Source of the DNA: Candidatus Moanibacter sp. | GTDB lineage: Bacteria; Verrucomicrobiota; Verrucomicrobiia; Opitutales; UBA2987 | Assembly: GCA_965215885.1 (NCBI GenBank) | Contig: CBDCEW010000101.1 | Span: 1 to 64,000 of the forward strand | Length of the DNA stretch: 64,000 nt | Reading direction: 5' to 3' | Shown here: positions 53,170 through 61,309 of the stretch, piece by piece | How positions within the stretch are numbered: position 1 is the first letter of the stretch | Layout of the letters: every line of letters begins with the position of its first letter | The notes under the pieces: generated by a model | What the model was told of the DNA's origin: nothing | What the model saw: the letters and a program-made list of their open reading frames with translations, nothing else | Database searches by the model: none | Program-made: the position numbers and the translations under genes

Positions 53170-53705
53170 ACGGAGACGCGGAGATGCGGGGATACGGATC
53201 CGTCTTCGCTCCGCTTCGCTGAGACAGTGGATGGGGAGAAGGCGCCCATTCGATCTTCCTGTCGTGGTTCATAATCCATTCGACCAGCTCATGGCAGGCT
53301 GTGATCTAAAGTCGCCGGGCGCCCTTCCCCGACGTAGTGGCCACCCACTCCAAAGCCCCTCCCAGGAGGGGATCGACGGAAGATCACGGTCTGCCATGAA
53401 CCCCTCGACGAGTTCGTGACGGGCTCTGCCGCCTTGTCATTGCGAGACCCGCCTTGCGGGTCGTGGCAATCCAGAGAAAGGTAGGTGGGGACTTTCCTAT
53501 TCATGGATCGCCGCGCCTCCCCTCGGTCGGCTCGCGATGACAGTATGCTAGTGCGCCAGGAAAACGCTGAGGGTAAATCCAGGAAGCTCCGCTCCTCGAA
53601 ATCGGTTCCTGGGTCGTTGAAACTTACCGCAGTTGCAGGACGAAATGCTTCCGCATTCCGCTACACGCACCGATTCCGAACGTAGCGGAATGCGGAAGCA
53701 TTTCG
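53170..53705. repeat. Cluster of nested palindromic elements
   Basis: 53171-53275 is the reverse complement of about 18545-18652; TGTCATTGCGAG...CTCGCGATGACA at 53435-53542; 24-bp arms at 53641-53664 and 53682-53705. Confidence 0.85.
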
Positions 53706-53876
53706 GCGATCGTGCGGCTTCAGCTACTTTGATTCGCTTGCCCGCCCGCATTTTTCATTTGCATGGTGATCGTAGAACCTTGCACTTTTAGGTAATTCCC
53801 TCAACTCCATAGACTGCGAGAGTCAATCCGGGCCAGGCGAATCGAATAGAACGCAACCCCTCTACCTCTAAAACTC

Positions 53877-56384
53877 ATGAGAATCCTTCCTGTACACTAC
53901 CGGTGCATTGCCGTGATCATCGGCGCTGTCTGGTTCATTACGCAGGAATCCGAAGCCCAGGTGCTTCCTCGTTTTACGGATGTCACGGAGGAAGTGGGGA
54001 TTAGCTACAACCAGGGTGGGGAGTTGATATTCCGGGCCAACGAGGGATCCTCGGGGGGTGCGGCGGCGGGGGATTACGACGGCGACGGCTGGGTCGACCT
54101 TTTTGTCACCCGGATCGACGATCCTCCCATCCTCTACAGGAACGAGGAGGGGGTGGGGTTTACGGACGTGACGGAGGCGGCGGGACTTGCGGCGGCCCAG
54201 CCCACCGGCTCCAACGGGGCGGCGTGGGGAGACATCGATAACGATGGTGATCTCGACCTCTACGTTACCGCGTTCAGGACCTCCCCGGAGATACTGGCCT
54301 ATCGCTATTTTCTCTACATCAATAATGGCGACGGCACCTTTACGGAAGAGGGCAACGAGCGGGGCGCTTCCCTCGAGAGCGGAAATCCTCACTACGGCCA
54401 GAGCGTCTCATTCGGAGATTACGACCGGGACGGTTTTCTGGATATCTACGTGACGGAGTGGGCCAGCCCCATACAGAATCCGGACAATTTGCCCTCGCAT
54501 AACCGGCTCCTGAGGAACCTTGGTATGGCGAATCCGGGGTATTTCGTCGACGTCACGGAAGAGGCCGGAGTTTCCGTGGACGAGGTTGTGGGCGATTTTA
54601 CCGTCAGAGAGGGCGACTTTGCCTTCACACCGCGCTTCTCCGATCTCGACGGCGATGGATGGCCGGACCTGGCGATTGCCGCGGACTTTGAGGAGAGCGT
54701 CCTCTTCTGGAATAACGGCGACGGGACCTTTACGAACGGAACGGAGGCAGCCGGAGTCGGGCTCGACCAGAACGGCATGGGGGCGACCACGGCCGATTTC
54801 AATGGCGACGGGCTGATGGACTGGTTTGTCACCGCGATTTGGGAGGAAGGTGAACCCGAGCACTCTGGGAATTTTCTATATATAAACAACGGCGATCGCA
54901 CGTTTGAGGACCGCACCGATTTCGCAGGAGTACGGAACGGGTTCTGGGGTTGGGGCACCACCGCCCTCGATTTCGACAATGACGGGGACCAGGACATCGT
55001 CGAAACAAACGGCTACTACGCGGAAGATGATGCGTTATTTCGACACTTTGCGCGAACTCCTCTCCGGCTCTGGCGAAACGCTGGTTTCGCTAGCTTTCTC
55101 GAACTCTCCTTAAGTGTGGGAATGGACGACGACCATTCGGGACGGGGGATCCTCACGTTTGACTACGATCGCGATGGGGATCTCGATGTCTTCGTGTCGC
55201 TCCACTCAGAACAACCGATTCTCTATCGGAACGATGGGGGCAATGCGAGGGCCTGGCTGCGGATCCAAACCGTCGGCACGCTTTCCAATCGCGACGGAGT
55301 CGGCGCCTTCATTAAAGTCGTCCCCGACGCCTCGTCGCCGTCCTTGTTTCAAGTGCATGAGGTCAGCGGCAGCAGCACTTACCTCAGCCAAAACGAGATG
55401 ATCGTCCACGTCGGCCTGGGCGATCACGAGGGCGCGGTCGATTTGATCGAGATTCGCTGGCCGAGCGGCGTCGTGCAGGAGATCGAAGGGGTTCCCGCGA
55501 ATACTGTTATGGAGGTGGTTGAACCGGCGGGTTCCAGCCTGCTGGTTTCCGGTTCAGCGAAGTTGGTCAATGACGGCACCATTTTTCAAGGGAATACCTA
55601 CAACGGCTTCGAAATGACCGGAGCCGATGCCACCGTGTCGTCGCTCGCCAACGAGATTACGCGGGTATCCTTTCTCGATCCTGACGGGGATCTCTGCTTT
55701 GCTGAGTTTGGCAGCAGCGACCCGGAAACACTGCTCACGATCAGGCTCGCAGATTTCCGCGCCCAGGTCCCTTCACCCTATAACCAGCCGGGAACGACCT
55801 ATGTGCAGGGACTCGCTTCCATTACGATCGAGAATGCCAATGAAGCGACCTATTTCTCGATCTTCTCGCTCGGTAACGACCAGAACCGGGTCGATGGATC
55901 ACTGATCGGGAGCACGACATTTTCGGGAACCGTCGACGGCGTCGCCGATATAAGATCGATTACCGTGGTCGACCCGGGGAACGGTACAACCCGCATGGGA
56001 GGGATCAACGCGGCCAACGCGAATTTTACGGGAACCTCGGGGGTGATCGGAATCGCGGCCGAGGGCGTCCGTTTCAGCGGGTGGCTCTACGTGTGCAACA
56101 TGACTCCATCAGGCACCGCGGAACCCTGGTTGCGGATCAGCCCGGAATCGACTATCGCCGAAATCCTCATCACGGGTGGGGATCTGGCGGCAGCGACAGG
56201 CGATCACCGTATCGACACAAACGGCGAAACCTATTCTTTCCCGATCCGTGCCACTGACGGGCAGCGATCGATCAGCAACAGCCCCCTGAGGTCGGATCTG
56301 GCCGACGGTGTCCTGCCTCCGGTGTTGAATACATTTGTCGCGGACAGCAGCGCCTACTTCCTGAGTTCCCAGCAGGTGCAGTAG
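53877..56384 (+). CDS. CRTAC1-like FG-GAP/ASPIC-UnbV protein with an additional ~280-aa C-terminal domain
   Basis: Signal peptide (..QESEA-Q); GDYDGDGWVDL-type repeats; SNRDGVGA...YLSQN...GLG...WPSG; then ITRVSFLD.DGD, YNQPG..YVQG, DGVADI, ITGGDL. Confidence 0.88.
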   Translation: MRILPVHYRCIAVIIGAVWFITQESEAQVLPRFTDVTEEVGISYNQGGELIFRANEGSSGGAAAGDYDGDGWVDLFVTRIDDPPILYRNEEGVGFTDVTEAAGLAAAQPTGSNGAAWGDIDNDGDLDLYVTAFRTSPEILAYRYFLYINNGDGTFTEEGNERGASLESGNPHYGQSVSFGDYDRDGFLDIYVTEWASPIQNPDNLPSHNRLLRNLGMANPGYFVDVTEEAGVSVDEVVGDFTVREGDFAFTPRFSDLDGDGWPDLAIAADFEESVLFWNNGDGTFTNGTEAAGVGLDQNGMGATTADFNGDGLMDWFVTAIWEEGEPEHSGNFLYINNGDRTFEDRTDFAGVRNGFWGWGTTALDFDNDGDQDIVETNGYYAEDDALFRHFARTPLRLWRNAGFASFLELSLSVGMDDDHSGRGILTFDYDRDGDLDVFVSLHSEQPILYRNDGGNARAWLRIQTVGTLSNRDGVGAFIKVVPDASSPSLFQVHEVSGSSTYLSQNEMIVHVGLGDHEGAVDLIEIRWPSGVVQEIEGVPANTVMEVVEPAGSSLLVSGSAKLVNDGTIFQGNTYNGFEMTGADATVSSLANEITRVSFLDPDGDLCFAEFGSSDPETLLTIRLADFRAQVPSPYNQPGTTYVQGLASITIENANEATYFSIFSLGNDQNRVDGSLIGSTTFSGTVDGVADIRSITVVDPGNGTTRMGGINAANANFTGTSGVIGIAAEGVRFSGWLYVCNMTPSGTAEPWLRISPESTIAEILITGGDLAAATGDHRIDTNGETYSFPIRATDGQRSISNSPLRSDLADGVLPPVLNTFVADSSAYFLSSQQVQ

Positions 56385-57065
56385 GGAGGGTCGTTCGGCG
56401 GTATAGTAGCGAGGCAGGCCATATTTTTGCGCAGTGTTTATGAGTTCGGCAGGCTTATTGGCTTTAAACGGGTTTTAGAGCGAGAATTTCAGTCCTTTTA
56501 CCAATCTCACAGGTACTGTTTAGCAAATTGGTCCGTCGCAACCATTGCTTGCTATTGCCGGTAAGAACTTGCTACAATCTAGCGCGAAGTTGGTGAGCGC
56601 CGATTTGGCTAAATTCGTGAAGAACAATTTCGAATTTGATCGATCTTTTGTTAGCAAGAGGAGGTTGTCTGATCCTGAACCCGTCACGACGGATTGGTTG
56701 GATGTCCCCCCGCGGGGCGACTAGAAGCACTTGAATTCCTACGGAGAAACCGCAACCAAATCGAAGAATAAAACTACGAATTCTGCCGAGCACCGAATTA
56801 TGATCGAAGACAAGATTGAACGATATCTCTGGCGTTCAGTTTAGCGAATGCTACAGCGAGAGAGTTGAGGAAAAGATCGGGAATCTCGTAATCCCTTTCA
56901 TCGACTCTGAGAACCTGATTAGGAATTAGAAGGCAAGCCGGCGTACCGGACGGCGAGTGCGCGACATGTGTGAGACGACGCTATCGAGGCTCCACACCCC
57001 GCTCCCGGCCCCTCCCGAGCCACTGAATCGCACGGAAGAGAGGGGCCGGGCGTGAGATATTCGGA

Positions 57066-57923
57066 CTAACCGGCAATCAACCGCCTCAGATACGCGCCTT
57101 GGTCGGCGATTTTCTGTTCGTCGTCACCTGGTCCGAACTCCTCGAGGGAGATGTATCCGCGATAGCCGACATCCTTCAAGTCCTGTATAATCTGCGGAAT
57201 GTTCGCTACGCCCTCCCGCAGGTCGCAGAACTCCCATTGCCACTGCATTTTTCCGGTTTCGTCGCGGTCGGTCCGCACGGGAGCGCCATTGCCGATGTGG
57301 CAGTGCGCGAGGTAGGGGCCCAGCAGTTCCAACCCCATTCGGGTGTCTTCGATCGCCACCCGGATCTGGTTGGGCACATCAAAAATCGCCCCGATGTGGT
57401 CGGGATCGAGATCCTTGAGCAGTTCGAGGGTGCGGGAACAGGACACCGCAACGGTGCCGACGTGGATCTCGTATACGATTTTTACGCCGAAGCCGCGTGC
57501 CATCTCGACGAGGTTCGCCAATCCGGTGCGGGCATTCAGGAACTGCGGCTGGTAAGGGCAGGTTCGGTCGTGCCCCGGCGCACCCACCCGGACCAAGGGG
57601 GGATTATCGGGATCGATAGCGACCGCGCCTTTGAGAATTTTCTCGATCGTCTCGGTTTTGTCGTAGGTGAAATTCGGCGCCAGCGCCGCGACGGTAACTC
57701 CGCTTCTATTGGAGGCTGCGCGGATTGCGGACGCTTTATCCAAAACGTTGTCGGGGCTGACATCGGTAAGGTGGCGTCCCCATGGGGATGGTTCGACGTT
57801 TGGATCCTCCGGGTTGTAGCGACAGCGCAGTTCGATACCTTCGTAGCCGTGTTCGGCCAGCTTGTCGAAAGTTTGATCCAAGTCCCACCTAGGGAGCATG
57901 ACGGAAGTGACGGAGAGTTTCAT
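57066..57923 (-). CDS. Sugar-phosphate isomerase/epimerase (xylose isomerase-like TIM barrel)
   Basis: GYEGIELR, YEIH, FDVPN, HCH, GYRGYISLE. Confidence 0.9.
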   Translation of the reverse strand: MKLSVTSVMLPRWDLDQTFDKLAEHGYEGIELRCRYNPEDPNVEPSPWGRHLTDVSPDNVLDKASAIRAASNRSGVTVAALAPNFTYDKTETIEKILKGAVAIDPDNPPLVRVGAPGHDRTCPYQPQFLNARTGLANLVEMARGFGVKIVYEIHVGTVAVSCSRTLELLKDLDPDHIGAIFDVPNQIRVAIEDTRMGLELLGPYLAHCHIGNGAPVRTDRDETGKMQWQWEFCDLREGVANIPQIIQDLKDVGYRGYISLEEFGPGDDEQKIADQGAYLRRLIAG

Positions 57924-58005
57924 TATAAGTGCGTAAGATTGAAAAAGATGGCCAGAACCGTGGGTAGGTATTTAGGATCCACCGAACAGCTTGCGGAGCA
58001 AAACT

Positions 58006-58135
58006 ATGAAAGGGGTCGTATATCTGGGCGAGAGCAAAGTTGAGGTTCGGGATTTTCCCGAGCCAAAACCCGGATCCGGGCAGGTGGTCTTCGGCTTGGG
58101 GCCGGTTGGGTTGGCCGGCTTACTGCGGCGACCGG
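58006..58135 (+). pseudogene. Zinc-dependent alcohol dehydrogenase remnant with internal deletion
   Basis: MKGVVYLG...EVRDFPEPKPG.GQV joined directly to VFGLGPVGL (Rossmann). Confidence 0.75.
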
Positions 58136-58202
58136 GGAGATCACGTTCCAGGGCCGCCACATCCGTCCCGAGGATTTCACACTGTTGATGTCGGGCCGCA
58201 AT

Positions 58203-58643
58203 CACGTGATCGATGACGGAGGTCCGCTCGCGTTCTTCGTCGCGGGAGAGCCCTACCGCCTATTCGGTCTAATCCCCTTCGAGACTCATTTTTTCGGAGT
58301 CGATCGGGAGGTGTGGAGGGACGCCCATCCCGATCAACCGGCCATGCCCTGGTATTTCCTCGGGGCGGATCGCTACGGGCACGACCTGTTCTCACGGATG
58401 ATTTACGGCGCGTGCGTCAGCCTCTTCATCGGCGGCGTCGCCATCGCCATAACCTTCATCCTCGGGGTGTTGATCGGCGGCGTTTCGGGATACCTCGGCG
58501 GCCGAACCGACATCGTTATTCGGCGCGGCATCGAGATCATTAACGGCTTTCCCCAATTGCCCCTGTGGCTCGCGCTGGCCGCCGCCATGCCGGGCGACTG
58601 GTCGCCGCTGGGTGTCTATTTGTTTGCGCAACAATCTGATTGA
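58203..58643 (+). pseudogene. OppC/DppC-type ABC permease fragment
   Basis: LGADRYGHDLFSRMIYGA.VSL.IG...G..IGG.SGYLGG..D....R..E.....P; truncated. Confidence 0.85.
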
Positions 58644-58698
58644 CTGACCGCAAACTCCCTGCTTTCAATGGAAGCCGAAAATCTTTGAGATTTTCGGC

Positions 58699-60498
58699 TC
58701 AGGGGTTTGGATCTGATGGCCCGAGGCGCGCCTTGATTACAGCCAAAAGCTCCTCGGTCCCTTTTTGCTTTTCGGCGAGTCGTTGGGCATGGCGCCAGCG
58801 ATCCCTGGCTTCGGTGAGTTTCCCTGCGGACCAGTAGACATCGCCGAGAACGACCCACGTTTTCACATCACCCGAGTGCATGTTCAGATAGGTTTTGAGA
58901 TTCGCCTCGGCGGCATCCCATTCCTGCAAATTGGCATGTATGAGTGCGATGCTGCGAATAAGATCGAACCGGGTGGGATCGAGACGCACGGCTTCGCTAA
59001 GTGTAGCGACCGCGTCGGGCAGCTGCCCTGCCGCGGCCTTGCGATTGCCGTTCGCGGTCAGGATATCGACCGTAAGCTTTCTCAACTCCGGATCTTCGGG
59101 TTCCAGTTCCTGCGCCTCGCGGATGGGCGCCTCCGCCTTATCGAATGCTACGTGTTTGACGTAGTGGCGGGCCAGGGTGACGCGAGAGTAGACATCAAGG
59201 GGCGACCGTTGCCGAAGCTTCTGAAAAAGATCCATGGCCTCGGTCTCACGACCCTGTTTCAAGAGAAGATTGGCGAAGGATTTGATCGTCTTTAATTCGT
59301 TGGGTTCCTTGCCCAGTGCGATTCGCAAGTGATGCTCCGCCTGGGCAAGATCGTCCTGCTGCAAGAGAAACTCGCCCAGTATAGAATGAAACTTTGCCGA
59401 CTCGGAAAACTGTGTGAGACCCCGACGTGCTGTCTGGATTGCTTTGGCGGTTTCGCCTTGCGCGATGTAAACCCTTGCCAGTCCTATATAGGCATCTGTC
59501 GAATGCCCGGAAAGCTTTATGGCCGATTCAAATGCTTCGATGGCGGCTTCCGAATCTTCCAATTCAGAGAGTCTAAGACCGCGGAGAGTGTGGACTTCGG
59601 GCGAATCCGGTGCCACCGCTTCGGCCTTGTCCAGATAGAGCATTGCTTGTTTTGTTCTGCCTGCGTGTGCCTGCGTATCTGCGAGGACCGTCAGACGGTA
59701 GGCGTCGTAGCAACGACGCATCACTTCATCCATCCAGGGATCCGGAGGTTCGTGAAAGCGGCCATATTTTGATCCCAGGGCCCTCGATACCTTCGCCTTG
59801 CGTGTATCGCCCGTGCGATCATAGAGTTGTGCCATCAGCATGTGCCCGGGACCGAATTCGGGGGAGCTCTCGACAAGGCGGGAAAGAAGAAGCAGGGCAT
59901 CGGTTGTCTGTCCACGGCGCATCCGATCCCGAACCATCCCGAGTAACGCATATGGATTGTTTCGATCGAGCCGAAGGCATGTGCGGTAGGTATCGAGCGC
60001 CGACTCCGGCTGGTTCGACTTGAGCTGGGCATCTCCCAGTTTGAGGAGCACGTGAAGCGCGTTCGGCTCAAGCGAAAGCGTCTTTTCGAGAAGCTCCACT
60101 CCAGATGCGAGATCGCCCTGATCGAAGTGAATAAGTGCCCGGAGATAGGGCCATCTCGGCTCGCCGGATTCGCGATCCTCGAGCAACCGGTAGCACGATG
60201 CAGCTTCCTCCAGAAATCCGTTCGCGTGATAAAGGCTCGCCAGTTCGTCCAACCCTTCGACATCTCCATCTCGCCAGGCCACGGCCTCCCACGCCGCGTA
60301 TAAAGCCTCTGTAAATACCTGTGGCCAGTCGGCGGTATCGGGTAAAGGCGGCAGCTGCCCGCGAATCGCGGCGCTCTCCCATTTCCGGTCCCGGTAGCCT
60401 GGAACGACCCAAAGACTCACCGATATCGCGACGATCAGAAGCGAACCCACTGCCCAGAAAAGGTGTTTTCGTCGAATCCGGGGGGCATTGGCTATCAT
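58699..60498 (-). CDS. Membrane-anchored TPR protein (paralog 2 of 3)
   Basis: N-terminal TM helix; LPPLPDT.DWP, LYHANGF, HEPPDPWMD, TPR repeats. Confidence 0.88.
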   Translation of the reverse strand: MIANAPRIRRKHLFWAVGSLLIVAISVSLWVVPGYRDRKWESAAIRGQLPPLPDTADWPQVFTEALYAAWEAVAWRDGDVEGLDELASLYHANGFLEEAASCYRLLEDRESGEPRWPYLRALIHFDQGDLASGVELLEKTLSLEPNALHVLLKLGDAQLKSNQPESALDTYRTCLRLDRNNPYALLGMVRDRMRRGQTTDALLLLSRLVESSPEFGPGHMLMAQLYDRTGDTRKAKVSRALGSKYGRFHEPPDPWMDEVMRRCYDAYRLTVLADTQAHAGRTKQAMLYLDKAEAVAPDSPEVHTLRGLRLSELEDSEAAIEAFESAIKLSGHSTDAYIGLARVYIAQGETAKAIQTARRGLTQFSESAKFHSILGEFLLQQDDLAQAEHHLRIALGKEPNELKTIKSFANLLLKQGRETEAMDLFQKLRQRSPLDVYSRVTLARHYVKHVAFDKAEAPIREAQELEPEDPELRKLTVDILTANGNRKAAAGQLPDAVATLSEAVRLDPTRFDLIRSIALIHANLQEWDAAEANLKTYLNMHSGDVKTWVVLGDVYWSAGKLTEARDRWRHAQRLAEKQKGTEELLAVIKARLGPSDPNP

Positions 60499-60584
60499 TC
60501 GATCAATTCCTGCATTCCTTATTCACTCTCCCCTTGGGCAGAATCTGTTGTTCAGTCCCGCTCAGCGCGATGGTAAGTGATTTC

Positions 60585-61073
60585 TTATCCCTGCGCCCCG
60601 TAAATGATCCGACTGAACAGATCGCGACCCAGTGAATCGGCGCCCAAAAGGAAAATCGTAGCGCCTGGATCGACTCCGAATAGATGCAGATCGGTTTCGA
60701 AAGTGCCCCAGAACCGGTAGGTTTCGCCTCGAGCAAATAACCTCAATGGATAGGTGCGGCTGCGATCCTCCACGTAAAGTCGCTGCAGGGTCTCCGGATG
60801 CCGCGCGCCTTTCAGGGCGTAGACGAAAGGCCACAGGTGCAAACCATCGTCGCTGATCATGTGAAGACGCTGGGGCGGGTCGCTCTCGGGAGAATCGGAG
60901 AGGGGGCGAGGGGGAGACGCGGAGACTACGGTCGCTTCCTGCTCTTCCAGGGTCGCGATATAGGCGGTGAGATAGTCCCCCGGCGGGAGCTGGATGATGG
61001 CGAAAGACATCAATGAGATCAGCAGCAGGGTGGGGATCATCCAGAAGATGCGTTTGAAGATCAGGGTAGGCAT
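60585..61073 (-). pseudogene. Deletion fusion of an OppB-type 5' end and an OppC-type internal segment
   Basis: KRIFWMIPTL..IS...FAIIQLPPGDY joined to PPQRLH...LLGADSLGRDLFSRIIYGA. Confidence 0.8.
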
Positions 61074-61185
61074 TTTCCGTTTCTGACGACGTCGCTTAGA
61101 GCATGGGAAGCATGGGTAGCGAAATCTCTTCTGTCAATTGTAGCAGGTGAAGGAGAAAGGAGATTGAAGAAGAGAAAGGCAATCT

Positions 61186-61232
61186 CTTCGCACTATGTTC
61201 GTATTTCGGCGAAATACGAACATAGTGCGAAG
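61186..61232. repeat. Perfect 47-bp palindrome (23-bp arms, 1-nt centre)
   Basis: CTTCGCACTATGTTCGTATTTCG-G-CGAAATACGAACATAGTGCGAAG. Confidence 0.92.
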
Positions 61233-61309
61233 GCAGTTACCCGATCGGCAGAGCTTACGGCTTTAGGGTTTGGGCAACACACCCTTTAGTCCGCGATCAA
61301 AACGGAAAC

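Noticed and set aside
14082..56384. Enediyne biosynthetic cluster (UnbV)
   Set aside because: No PKS, thioesterase or other cassette genes; the ASPIC-UnbV domain is widespread outside such clusters.
56471..56485. GTTTTAGAGC resembling a type II CRISPR repeat
   Set aside because: Single short match, no array, no cas9.
56400..57060. Possible ncRNA or riboswitch in the long intergenic region
   Set aside because: Only short GC hairpins seen and no family recognised; an Rfam scan would be needed.
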